DNA of 64,000 bases from Mobula hypostoma (GCF_963921235.1 NC_086097.1:8928001-8992000); one strand, 5' to 3'. Numbered from the stretch's first letter, positions 12,040-23,796 are shown. Made by a program: numbers and translations. Notes: a model not told the origin generated them from the sequence alone.

Positions 12040-14040
12040 TGAGTCAGTGGCAAGGAATGCAACTGTGATGTTCGCATTCATTTCAAGAGAACTAAAATAT
12101 AAAAAACAAGGATGTAATGTTGAGGTTTTATAAAGCAGCAGTGATACCTAATTTGGAGTATTATGAGCAGTTTTGGGCCCCTTTTCTTAGAAGGGATGTG
12201 CTGATACTGGAGAGGGTTCAAAAAGATTTACAAAAATGATTCCGGGATTGAAAAGCTTCTCATATGAAGAGCTCTTGATGGCTCTGGGTCTATACTCACT
12301 GGAATTCAGAAGAATGAGGGATGACCTAATTGAAACCTATTGAATGTTGGAAGGCCTTGATAGAGTGGATGTGGAGAGGATGTTTCCTATGATGGGGGAG
12401 TCTAAGACCAGGGGGACAGCTTCAGAATAGAAGGATGTCCTTTTAAAACAAAGATGAAGAGGAATTTCTCTAGACAGAGAGTGGTGGATCTGTGAATTTT
12501 TTTTTTGCCACAGGTGCCCATGGAGGCCAAGTCACTGGGTATTGAGAAACGTTAGCTCCTGTTTGAGTGGCAACTTGGATCCACTCCGACTTTCCTGCTG
12601 GAGCAACAGGCCCACAACAGATGCTATCTGATTGGCTCTTCACACAACTCTGGAACATCTAGTGAGCAAAGATGATCTTCGTCAATTACAGGTCAGCATT
12701 TAATACCATCATCTCCTCAAGACTAATCAGTAAACTCCAAGACTTGGGCCTCAATACCCCCTGTGCAATTGGATCCTGGATCTACTCACATATAGACCTT
12801 AGTCAAATGAATTGGCAAAAACATCTCCTCCACAATCTCCATTAGCACAGGTGCACAACAGGGCAGTGTGCTTAGGTCCCTGTTCTACTCTCTTTACACC
12901 TATGACTATGCGGCTAAGTACAGCTGCAACACCATATTCAAGTTTGCAGATGACACCACTATTGCGGTCCACTAAAGGTGGTAATGAATAAGATTACAGG
13001 AGGGAGAATAAACATTTGGTTGAGTTCTCACTCAATGTCAGCAAGGCCAATGAATTGATTTTAGACTTCAGGAGAGGGAAACCAGAGGTCAATGAGCCAC
13101 TAATCATCGGAGGATCTGAAGTGGAGAGGGTCAGTAACTTTAAATTCCTGGGTGTCACCATCTCAGAGGACATGTCTTGGACCCATCCTATAAATATAAT
13201 TGCAAAGAAAGTATGACAGCACCTGTACTTCCGTAGGAGTCTACAGAGATAGGGCATAACATAAAATAACTTGACAAACTTCTACTGATGTGTAGTGGAA
13301 AGTGTACTGGCTGCATTATGGCCTGCAGTGGGAACATCAATGTCTTCGAGGCAAAAGTTATTGGATTTGGCCAAGTACATCACGGTAAAGTCTTCCCAAG
13401 CATTGAGCACATTTACATGAAACGCTGTTGTCGGAAAACAGCGTGCATCATCAACGTTCCTCACCATCCAGGTCATGCTGCTTTTTTCTTACTGCCGCCA
13501 TCAAGTAGAAGGTACAAGAGTGTCAGGATTCACAAAACTCGGATTAAGATCAGTTATTATCCCTCAACTATCAGACTCCTGAACAAAAGTGGAAAATTGC
13601 ACTCATCTATTGAGATGTTCCGACAACCAATTGTCTCATATTGAGGACTCTTTATTGTGTCATTTCATGCTCTCGTTATTTATTGCTATTGTTAATGGTT
13701 GCATTTCAACAACTTGTTGTCTTCAATGCTCTTGCTCTTTTGTTGATTCTGTGTACAGTTACAGATTTGCTAAGTATGCCCACAGGAAAAAGAATCTCAG
13801 GGTTGTTTGTGGTGACATATACGTACTCTGATGATAAATTTTACTTTGAACTTTGATATTCAAGGCATAGGTTGATAAATTCTTGACCAGTCAGGAGATG
13901 AAGGGATATGGGCAGAAGGTAAGAAATTGGAACTGAGAGGGAAAAGGGATCAGCCGTGATGAAATGGTGGAACAGACTCGATGGGTCAAATGGCCTAAGT
14001 ATACTCCTATATCTTATGTTCTTATGGTCTGTGGTCTTAG
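12040..14040 (+). mobile_element. CR1 3' portion (about 12040-12545 and 13856-14040) split by a Rex1/Babar insertion
   Basis: CR1 ORF2 C-terminal sequence (ggagagggttcaaaaag..., ggaggccaagtcactgggtat) resumes after 13855 (attcaaggcataggttgataaattc) and ends cttatggtc. Confidence 0.75.
12546..13855 (+). mobile_element. Rex1/Babar LINE RT fragment
   Basis: LNVSKANELILDFRR...VERVSNFKFLGVTISEDMSW (13016-13216), a KFADDTT motif near 12940, and a 3' tail ctttgaactttga. Confidence 0.85.
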
Positions 14041-14418
14041 ATGTTCATATTCTTTCTGGAAGTTAGTAATAATTGAGAATTCTACTGTACACAAAACACT
14101 GTTAAACTGATTGCTGAGATGATTATAGCCAATCGTCACATCACATCTGAACTAATTATTTTCCAATGTGGTCCAAAAAGGAATGTTGAATCAGAAATTT
14201 TGTTTCATGCACATCTGGACTGCACTGATGACTCACACCAGGAAGGATCAGGTCAAACATATGGAGCAACTTTTATGCACAGTTCTACTAGGGAACTGAT
14301 TTTCAATCAAGTAATGGAGAGATAGTAGGATTGTGTTGTTGAATTTCTAGGGATGGTTCCCCAGTACAGAAAGACAGTGTCACTATTCATTCTATTACTA
14401 TCACTGTATTATATACCA

Positions 14419-14760
14419 AGGTGGTAGGGTGGAGATATGCCTCTACCAAAGATGTAAGGTGTTCCTTCCCTCTGCAAGCCTGCAGGTCACCCTTGTATCA
14501 CCTGTTTAGAAACCTATTCCCCCCCCCCCGACCCCGCTAGATCAGAGGCATGTGAAGCCATGGGAGCAGGTGGTGGATGGTCATATGAGCAACTGGTTAG
14601 GTGACCACTGACCAAGCAGACAATTTCTGAAGAGTATTGATAATGGCTGGGCTCATCCATTTTGTAAAGATACTGCCCAGAAGCAAATCATTTCTGCAGG
14701 AAAAATTGCCAAGATAATCATGGTCATATAACCTACGTCATATGATATGGCACATCATGA
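14419..14760 (+). mobile_element. About 340-bp non-autonomous interspersed repeat, possibly RTE-related (copy 1)
   Basis: Homologous to 16639-16975 (ctctaccaaag...gaagccatgggagcaggtggtggatgg...tgcccagaag...tgccaaga). Confidence 0.6.
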
Positions 14761-14774
14761 ACGAGTATTAAGTA

Positions 14775-15071
14775 AAGGCATCCATTAGTCTTGCGAGATC
14801 ATGGATCTGCGCCTGGAAAGTCTCCACTCTCTGAGCAAGGTTGTATGGAAGACCAGCAGTTGCCCATGCTGCAAGTCTCCCCTCTCCACGACACCAATGT
14901 TGTCCAAGGGAAGGGCATCAGGACCCATACAGCTTGGCACCAGTGTCGTTGCAGAGCAATGTGTGATTAAGTGCCTTGCTCAAGGACAGAACACATTCCC
15001 TCGTCCGGGGCTCGAACTCACGACCTTCAGGTTGCTAGTCCAATGCCTTAACCACATGGCCACGTGCCAAC
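14775..15071 (-). mobile_element. tRNA-derived SINE with CORE-like centre and RTE-derived 3' tail (copy 1)
   Basis: Minus strand: A box TGGCCATGTGG, B box GTTCGAGCC, CORE-like gtccttgagcaaggcacttaa. The tail matches the RTE end at about 17544-17590. TSD ACGAG(T/C)ATTAAGTA at 14761-14774 and 15072-15085. Confidence 0.85.
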
Positions 15072-15156
15072 ACGAGCATTAAGTACTGTACAATGTTTTG
15101 GGTAACAATTGTAATCTGAGAAAAGTTGCACACTGATACTGGGATGGTGCACTTAC

Positions 15157-15185
15157 TCCTTAGATTGAATCTTAAAAGACTTCTC
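15157..15185 (-). other. Candidate 29-nt micro-exon
   Basis: Minus strand ctgtgtttttattgtaaccctcag|GAGAAG...TAAGGA|gtaagt gives a strong acceptor and consensus donor in non-repetitive sequence. No product recognised. Confidence 0.2.
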
Positions 15186-15397
15186 CTGAGGGTTACAATA
15201 AAAACACAGTAATATTCCAGCATGAGAAATGTATTGCACTTAACTAACAAAGCTGCCAGCTGCTTAATTCATCATATAAAACAAATGTACAACTGTGGCC
15301 TACGGTCAACGAATGACACAGTAGGCTGATTTAGCGCTAAACTGAACTTAACTGAACTGAACTAAATAGAACACTCCTAAACCATTCTAAATATCCT

Positions 15398-15527
15398 AAA
15401 GGAGTCTTGATCAGAAATGTTGACTGTTTACTCTTTTCCATAGATGTGGCCTGACCTGCTGAGTTCCTCCAGCATTTTGTGTGTGTTGCTTTGGATTTTT
15501 AGCATCTACAGACTTTCTTGTGTTTGT
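15398..15527 (+). mobile_element. Degenerate PLE 3'-end fragment
   Basis: gaaatgttgactgttt...ctgctgagttcctccagcattttgtgtgtgttgc...gcatctacaga. Confidence 0.7.
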
Positions 15528-15685
15528 GTTGAAAACTCTGCAGTTTGATGTTTAATATTCTGTGTGTTATTTGTTTGCTTTTTGCTGCCTGCGTGATTTG
15601 TTCTTTTTTCCGTACGTTGGGTGTTTGATGTTTTCTTTGAATGGGTTTCACGGTGTTTCTCTGTCTTGTGGCAGCCAGTGGGAGC

Positions 15686-16060
15686 ACAGTACTGTATTTG
15701 TCAATGCGGAGTGAGAAGTGAGTTTGTAAACCTGGCAGGAGCAAAGGATGTTGGGAAGAGTAAGGGTTGAGTGTTGCGAGGGAGGTGTGGGGCAGGTGAC
15801 AGAGAAGGAGTGCCAGGGTTGGGAGTTGTGCACATGCAGACACACTCAGCCTTGAGATCCCAGGCAAGGTCATTTGATTCCAAAAAAATCGGTTTATTGA
15901 TCATTACCGAATATCACTCTGGCGCTTCCCGTTCTCTCCCCTCCCCCTTCCCCTTTTTCCAACCAAGATTTGCTTCCCCTGCTCCCTTCCCACTCTCAGT
16001 CCACAATACAAACCCATATGTGCAAAAATCTTGGGCAACCTAGCTAGATATAGACTTGTA
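15686..16060 (+). mobile_element. Composite repeat associated with Tc1-type palindromic ends (copy 1)
   Basis: Homologous to about 19845-20330 and, inverted, to about 62645-62810. Bounded by cacagtactgta and gtgcaaaaatcttgggca. Confidence 0.6.
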
Positions 16061-16282
16061 CGGTATTGTATGTATTTTGATAATAAATATACCTTGAACT
16101 TTTGAACCTCTTCTTATATGATAAAAGCATCATCACCACATAATTTATGAACTCATTAAAACAATGTGCATTTTAAATTATATCTATAACTTAATTCTGA
16201 TGCAGGCAAAAGCAGGCAAAACTAGATAGATGCTGCAACTGGATACAAACAAATATATGAAGCATCATTAGTGTTATACTCA

Positions 16283-16533
16283 CAAACATGAGAGAATCTG
16301 CAGATACTGGAAATGCAAAGCAACATATACAAAATGTTTGAGGAGCTCAGCAGGTCAGACAGCATCTATGGAAATGAATAAACAGTCAACGTTTTGGACT
16401 GAGATCCTTCATTAGGACTCAAGAAGGGTCTGGACTGACGTGCAGAAGGGTCTCGGCTTGAAATGTCAACTGTTTACTTTTTATCAAAGATGCTGCCTGG
16501 CCTGCTGAATTCCTGAAGCATTTTGTGTGTGTT
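16283..16533. mobile_element. PLE-derived fold-back element (tail on the left)
   Basis: An antisense PLE end (gaatctgcagatactggaaatg...gatccttcattaggact) followed by a sense arm (gaagggtctcggcttgaaatgtcaactg...ttttgtgtgtgttg). Confidence 0.75.
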
Positions 16534-16638
16534 GAAGTAGCATTATACTGTTTACTTGTTGACCTGTGTCATAAATAACCTTATGCTAAATGTCAATCTT
16601 CTGAAATATATTGTCTTATTTGTGATAATATTATTTTA

Positions 16639-16975
16639 CAGGTGGTGGGGTACATCTCTACCAAAGGTGTAAGGCACACCTTCCCTCCACTAGGCTTCAG
16701 GTCACCCTTGGGCAAGGTGTAGTATCTGCTTAGACCCCCGATCAGGGTCATGTGAAGCCATGGGAACAGGTGGTGGATGGTTGTATGATCTGCTGGTGCA
16801 TATCATAAGTCCTGGTTATGCGACCACTGATGCCAGGCAGACAATACCTGAAGAGTATTAATAATGGCTCGGGCAATCCGTCTTGTAAAGACACTGCCCA
16901 GAAGAAGTCAAACCATTTCTAAAGATAAATTTGCCAAGAACAATGTCATGTCATACGACACAACACATAATAATG
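16639..16975 (+). mobile_element. About 340-bp non-autonomous interspersed repeat (copy 2)
   Basis: Homologous to 14419-14760. Confidence 0.6.
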
Positions 16976-17005
16976 GTAAGGAATATTACTTTATGAGTTG
17001 TATGT

Positions 17006-17607
17006 GAGCGGCGTCTCAACGCCTTCCACCTTCTCAGCCTGGGACGCATTCTGGACATCACGTGGACTGACCGAGTCACCAACAATGAGGTCCCGGCCCG
17101 TGCCCAGGTACCCAGCCTCTTCACCCTGCTCCAACAACGCCATCTCTGCTGGCTGGGCCACGTACACCACATGTCAGATGGGAGGATGCCGAAAAACCTG
17201 CTGTACGGGGAACTGGCCTCCGGCACGAGAGCACAAGGGAAGCCCCATCTTCGTTTCAAAGATGTTTGCAAGAGAGACATGAAGTCACTGAAAATGAACG
17301 CCGAGAAGTGGGAGGACATCGCAAGCGATCGCTCTCACTGGAGGCTGGAACTACGCAGAGGTCTAAAAAGAGGAGGAGAGAAGCTGAGGCTTGCTGCTGA
17401 AGAAAAGCGCACTCGTCGGAAAAACAGCACCAAGACAACACTGGAGGACAGCGCCTTCGAGTGCAGTCGCTGCAACCGAGACTGACACTCCCGTGTGGGC
17501 CTCTGCAGCCACAACAGACGCTGCTCTAACACAGACTGAAGCAAGACTTTCCAGGCGCAGATCCATGGTCTCGCGAGACCAACGGATGCCACTACTACTA
17601 CTGTGTG
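17006..17607 (+). mobile_element. 5'-truncated RTE-clade LINE (ORF C-terminus and short 3' UTR)
   Basis: Reads ERRLNAFH...ILDITWTDRVTNNEV...WLGHVHHMSDGRMPKNLLYGELASGTRAQGKPHLRFKDVCKRD and a C2H2-like end (CSRCNRD*HSRVGLCSHNRRC). (ACT)n tail. TSD-like TGAGTT(G/A)TATGT at 16994-17005 and 17608-17619. Confidence 0.9.
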
Positions 17608-18239
17608 TGAGTTATATGTAATGTCTTGAGCACATTGGTCCAGAGGAAGGTTGTTTCATTTGGTGGTATACATGAGTATGGTTGAATGATAATAAACACA
17701 AGTTTGAATTTGAACTGTCCAATCATAAGTATGTAATGTTTACTAATATTTTGACAGAAGAATTAATGTGTAATCTTTCTGGCAATTGTGATAGTTTAAA
17801 TCAGTGCTCAAAAAACACTCACTTTTTGCATATATCTGCATATATTTTAGGTTTTGATATTAAAATTCTTAATAAATTCATCCTCAGAAGTAAGAACAAT
17901 TTTTCTTTCCTGTTAACAAATTGCGCACTTTACTCCTAGTAAACACTTCCCTAAGTATTTCAATGGGACTAAATGTTTGCTGAAGATGAACTGTTTCTCT
18001 AATCAGCTTTCATTTTGGACATCAATAGAACAAAATCAAATGCTGCATTTTTTTCTTTAAATCTGAACTACATTATCTCTATGAGAAGGTTTTTACATGC
18101 TACAGATTTTTATTTGCAGTGTTTTAGTTCAGGAACCAACCATTTTAATAAGTTTATGAGAAGAATTTCAGGGGAAAAACAAAACCCTGAAAAATTAGAT
18201 CATATTTTATCAAAATTGTTTGTCACTAAGGAAAGGACA

Positions 18240-18412
18240 ATTGGGTATATTTAAGGGAAAAGTTGATAGATTCTTGATCGGTCAGGACATGAAGAAATTT
18301 GGGCAGAAGGCAGGAGATTGGGACTGAGAGGGAAATGGATCAGTCATGATGAAATGGCAAAGTAGACTTGATAGGTCAAATGGCCTAATTCTGCTCCTGT
18401 ATCTTATGGTCC
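18240..18412 (+). mobile_element. CR1 3' end
   Basis: ttgggtatatttaagg...gatagattcttga...aatggcctaattctgctcctgtatcttatggtc. Confidence 0.75.
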
Positions 18413-18701
18413 TATTTTCCACTTTACCTGGCTTTACTATAACAACACAACTACATACCAGAACTGGGAAAAAAATGTCCTTAACCACAAGAGTACCTTG
18501 CTCTTCACCTCAAATTTCACACGACAGAAATAATCACTGGCAGGCATGATTGAAATCTTGAAAGTATTTCAAGGCTTCTGAGGGCTTGCACAAACAGTTT
18601 GAAGGCTGCTTTCAATTTAGTGCATTTGCTAAAATAATACAGGATTTTAATATTTCTTCTAATTATAGCAGAAACAGATGTGTTCTCCCATCTTTTCTCA
18701 C

Positions 18702-18791
18702 CAGGTCTTCTTGTAGTCAGCTATACGCCTTTGCCAAAAGATTTCTCCGAAGAAATCTTGCTGGGTGAACATAAGAAGATGTTCTTTATTT
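18702..18791 (-). other. Candidate 90-nt phase-2/phase-2 coding exon (NKEHLLMFTQQDFFGEIFWQRRIADYKKT)
   Basis: Minus strand ccctgtatcccttcaaag|...ACCTG|gtgaga, with only one of three frames open. A competing plus-strand acceptor (ttttctcaccag, 18704) with an open frame also exists. Protein not recognised. Confidence 0.2.
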
Positions 18792-19787
18792 CTTTGAAGG
18801 GATACAGGGTATTTGTGGCTACCAAACACAGAGTTAACTACACTTCCTCTGCCCACTTTGATATAAGAACAGATGACCAGCTTCATATTGAGTTTAAGTA
18901 AGCAGCCTAAGGTCATGGAGAACACAGAAAGAAAATTCCATAGGGGAGTGGAAATTACATTTACAAAGCTACAGAACAAAACTCGTTGTTCACAACAAGT
19001 TAAACGATACGAACTTACCAACCTTTCTGGATTAACAAAGATCGCAGAACCAAAAGGAAGAGTTCATTTTGTGTCACACCACTATGTTTAATTTATTATG
19101 GAACTCATAGTTTGAGTATTGTGTGAACAGCAATAATCAGGCATGTACTGGACCAGACTACTAATTAGATCATGCACCTTAGAGCAAAATTGTGGGAATG
19201 TTCGGAGAAATATAAATTCTATGGTTTCAGACTTTGAGGCTAGGAATCAAATTTAAAGACCAATTGAAAAATAATAATTGTACCTTATTTGACTAATTTG
19301 CTGAAAAATTACCAAATTTTCAATCAAGATAAAGCAAAGATATTGGCATAATTATGTAAAAGCTAGGAATTTGGAGGACTATTACAATAATTTTGATTTA
19401 AGTGGTTTTCTGGTGCATTTGTGTTAGTGTCTGGACACTGCAGACATTATGATTAGAATTTCTGAATCAAATTAAGTGACTTTATAATCAGTGGAGTTAT
19501 TAGTAATGGTTCAGTGGTTGAACTCTCACTAGGTTCAGAGAATAGTGAACAAGTTAAACTGGGTAGTGTTTCTATAGCCAGACTGACACAATATGCTGGA
19601 TATTCTCCTGAAGAAACACAAATTTTCCATGAATTTTGGATTCAGTGAATTGAGCATATCATCTGGATTTATGTTCCGATGTAGCCCAACTGCAAGCAGA
19701 AGCTTAAGTAATTCCCAGGTCAGATCAGGCACATTTATATGAATGGTGTTCTTTGGACTCCCAGAATAAAAGGTAAGAATAAATTGC

Positions 19788-20470
19788 AGTACTGTGCAAA
19801 AGTCTTAGTCACATATATATATAGCTAAGACTTTTACACAATATTGTATTTGTCAATATGAAGCAGAGAGCAAGTTTGTAAATCTGGCTAGAGCAAAGTA
19901 TGCTGGGAATGGCGAGAATGGAGTGCCACAGGAAGGGTATGGGACAGGTGGCAGAGAAGAAGTGCCAGGAGCTGAGGGTGGTGTGGGTGCAGGCACACCT
20001 AGCCCTGAGACAACAGGCAAGGACACTTGATTTCAAACAATTAGTTTATTGACAAATAAGAGGAAATCTGCAGAAGCTGGAAATCCAAGCAGCACACAAA
20101 AATGCTGGAGGAACTCAACAGGCCAGGCAGCATCTATGGAAAAGAGTACAGCTGGCATTTTGGGCCGAGACCCTTTAGCAGGACTGGAGAAAAAAGTAGT
20201 TTATTGATCTTTGCAGAATGTCTCTCTGGTGCTTCCCCTGTCCCTTTTCCTATTTTTAACCATGAGTCCCCTCTTCCTGCCCTCTTCCCACTCTCAGTTC
20301 ACAGTGGAAACCCATATCAGAATCAGGTTCATCATCACTCACATATGTCATGAAGTTTGTTTTTTTGTGACAGCAGTACAATCCAATACATTTTTTTTAC
20401 AATACTGTGTAAAAGTATTAGGCTCCGCAGCCATATATAATGTATGTGCCGAAGACTTTTGCACAGTAGT
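19788..20470 (+). mobile_element. Composite repeat with a palindromic Tc1-type unit at each end (copy 2), interrupted by a PLE mini-insertion
   Basis: Palindromes at about 19788-19847 and 20400-20470. The interior is homologous to 15686-16020. Confidence 0.65.
20053..20196 (-). mobile_element. PLE-derived 144-bp mini-insertion
   Basis: Exact 11-bp TSD TAGTTTATTGA at 20042-20052 and 20197-20207. Contains a degenerate hammerhead and the PLE tail. Confidence 0.85.
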
Positions 20471-20479
20471 GTACATATT

Positions 20480-20775
20480 TATTTTATTTATTAAGTGATA
20501 CAACAAGGAGTAGGGCATTCTGACCCTTCGAACCACACCACCCAGCCATCCCACAATCCCAGTTAAACTTTAACCTAACCACAGGGCAATTTACAATCAC
20601 CAATTAACGTACCCAGTACATCTTTGGACTGTGGGAGGAAACCAGAGCACACTGAGAAAACCCACACATTTCTTAGGGAGGACATACAGAGAATCCTCAC
20701 AGAAGGGCACCAGAATTGAACTCCGAACTCCGGAACACCCACAAGCTGTAATAAAGTCACGTGAATGGCTACGCT
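20480..20775 (-). mobile_element. V-SINE/HE1-like tRNA SINE
   Basis: Minus strand tgggttttctcagtgtgctctggtttcctcccacagtccaaagatg resembles the V-domain. Other copies at about 23260, 26526, 34120, 34640 and 57265. Confidence 0.7.
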
Positions 20776-21709
20776 TTTAAGATTATGTTTTAATTTGAGT
20801 AAAGTGGATTTAAACATTAAATTAAAAATATCATTTCTAATAATGTTTAAATGCATTTGAATGCTTCAGTATACCATGAATATATGTATTAATTGAATTT
20901 AAATACAATTGAATGCTGCAGACAGAACAATGACATGAATATATGCATTAATAACAACATAACCGACTTGCCCCTATCAGAATGAAGTTGATCAAAGTTC
21001 AAAGGATATTTATTATCAAAGTACATATATGTAACCATATACTACCCTGAAATTCATTTTTCTTGCAGGCATTTCAGTAAACCAAAGAAGTACAATAGAA
21101 TTTATGAAAAAACTATACTTAAACAAAAAAAAGACAACTAATGTGAAAAAGAGACAAATTATGCAAATAACAATAAAATTATAAATTATTAAGAGTAGTA
21201 TAGTTGTTGAAACTGAATCTACGGATTGTGAAGTCAGTTCCGTTTTGAGGTAAGTGACAATAGCATGACACGAATTTCACAGGTCAGTCCAGCCTATTTT
21301 GTACAGCTTAGTCCAGATTATCCAATTTGGAAACATGGTAAATGAGATCAGTTATCCCACTGGTCTTCTCTGGTGTAATTTACCATCTCACCACCACTAA
21401 AAATGTAGTGATTTACTGATTTTTCTGAAGGCCTCTACACAAACTTGATGAAATCAGTCTTGAAAATTTTCCAGGTAGATGACATGGCCTAGTTTCATAC
21501 AGATGGTAATGGGAAATGTAGCGTTCAGGATATCAAACAGACAGAAATTCAGCAAGATCAAGCCTTTTTGTAAACTTATTTTGAGAATAATAATAGTTTC
21601 TTTACAGTCAGAAATTCAACATTCCTGAAGTTAACATTAAATGGTTGACAGACAAGGGTCAAGGGAAAGTTAACTGCTAAAGTACTTGAATTTATACTTT
21701 TTCTCCTTT

Positions 21710-22305
21710 CAGTGGCCACTTAATTAGGTAACTCCAGTACCTAATAAAGTGGCCACTCTGTATATGTTTGTGATCTTCTGCTGCTGCAGCCCATCCACTT
21801 CAAGGTTTGATGTGTGTGCATTCAGAGATGCTCTTCCGCACAACTAAGTTATAACATGTGGTTATATGAGTTAGTCACCTTCCTGTCAGCTTGAAACAGT
21901 CTTGCCATTCATTCTCCTCTGACCTCTCTCATTAACAAGGCATTTTCACCCACAAAACTGCCATTCACTTTTTTTTTGCTTTTTTTTTTAAACCTTTCTC
22001 TGTAGAGACTGTTGTGCCTGAAAATGTCAATGAGTAGTTTTTTCAAGATACTCAAACCACCCCATCTGACACCAACAATCAATGTCACTAATTTATTCCC
22101 CATTCTGTTGTGTGGTTTGACAACAGAACATCTAGAATCATGGACTCTATGCCATTGACCAAGCGGTCAGTGGACCCTAGGCTGGGAATCCCTGCCCTTG
22201 ACAATGTCTTCATTCTTTAATGTATTGAGCTGCTGCCACATGATTGGCTGATTAGAAATTTGCATTAACAAGCAGGTGTACCTAATAAAGTGGCCATTGA
22301 CTGTG
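21710..22305. mobile_element. Non-autonomous Tc1/mariner-type DNA element
   Basis: Inverted termini CAGTGGCCACTTTAATTAGGTA...TACCTAATAAAGTGGCCA. The left end is itself a short palindrome (about 21710-21760). Confidence 0.65.
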
Positions 22306-22824
22306 TATTTAGCTTAATACTATAATATATTTGAAACATTATTGATATTAAGTTAATAAAATCCAGAGAATTATTGAGCCTCTAAAGGCTGATAATGAGT
22401 TCAAAAGTAGATTTTAAATCTTGCTGTCAAACAAAAACAAAGCAGACTCAATTAATTGCAATCCAAATAAAGAAAGTTTTATTACCTTTAATATCACTCT
22501 TCACAAATTCGAGGCTGGTAATAAACTATAATGTTTCTATTCTCATATGGATGGCTAAAAGTATCAATAGCTGGTTATCTATGGTTGAAATAAAACACTT
22601 TAGAAATTCTGCCGGGTCAGCAGAACCCTGTGGTATGTGATACATGTGCAATTTAGTGGCATTAGTGGAACAGATTTGGCCTTCAAACTTCTCAGACACA
22701 GTACAATACACTAAAATAACAGTATGCCGTGTTTCACAAAGGTGCCCCTCCTTGCAAAACATTTGAACACTACTGGTCTAATAAACTTGCTTTGAAATGA
22801 GAAAATACACCAAGTTGAAGAACT

Positions 22825-23115
22825 GAATTGAATTTATTTCTTACATCCTTCACATATGTAAGGAGCAAAAGTATTTACGTTACGTCTCCATCTAAATGTG
22901 TAATGGGCAATCACAGTAATTTAGAATAAATAGAACAGTTAATGTAGTATAGAGTACACTCGAGTCAGGTGGCCTGGTGGAAGAAGCTGTCCCGGAGCCT
23001 GTTGGTCCTGGCTTTTATGCTGCAGTACCATTTCCCGGATGGTAGCAGCTGGAATAGATTGTGGTTGGGATGGTTTGGGTCCCCAGTGATCCTACGGGCC
23101 CTTTTTACCCACCTG
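22825..23115 (-). mobile_element. Rex1/Babar LINE 3' end
   Basis: RARRITGDPNHPNHNLFQLLPSGK...RTNRLRDSFF (22965-23165). Same subfamily as 23797-24890. Confidence 0.8.
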
Positions 23116-23259
23116 TGCAAAAAGTGCACCATTATTAGATATTGTTCAGACTGTTCCTCATTCAAAATAATTAAAAACTAAACAATAACACAGATAATAA
23201 CTTTAAATCCAAAATGTAGAATGTAGAACTTTTCAATCAAACTGTTAACTGTATGGACG

Positions 23260-23550
23260 ATATGGTAACATAATGAGTAGTGTAATGCTTTACAAGGGGT
23301 TCAGTTCCTACCACTGTCCATAAGGAGTATGTACATTCTCTCCGTGACCACATCTGATTCCTCCAGCTGCTCAAGTTTCCTCCCACAGTCCAAAGATGCA
23401 CTCTTAGTGTTACCAAGTTGTGGGAACGTTACCATGGTGACACTTGCGTGCAGCTCCCTGCATATCCTCAGACTGTGTTAATCGTTGAAGTCGTCAAATG
23501 ATTTTACTGTATTTTCAATGTACATGTGACAAATAAAGCTAATCTTTACC
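23260..23550 (+). mobile_element. V-SINE-like tRNA SINE
   Basis: gggttcagttcc B-box-like motif followed by gtttcctcccacagtccaaagatg. Confidence 0.65.
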
Positions 23551-23796
23551 TCTATACAGATGCAGCTCCACTGGATGTGCATTATTTGTATAAATTCTGA
23601 ATCTACCTTTGCATTCTTCAGAGTTTTCTGCGCTGCTCCTAACTCGCAAATGACATACAGATGTAATGCAGCGTGCATTCTAACTGGTTGCATCACCGTC
23701 TCGTGTGGCGGGGGGGGGCACTGCACAGGATCGAAATGCAGTGCAGAAAGTTACAAACTCATTCAGCTCCATCATGGACAGTAACTTCCTCAGCAT

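Noticed and set aside
19535..19772. Minus-strand 65-aa ORF and a strong plus-strand donor (AAG|gtaaga at 19772)
   Set aside because: No convincing matching acceptor or recognisable protein; compatible with chance.
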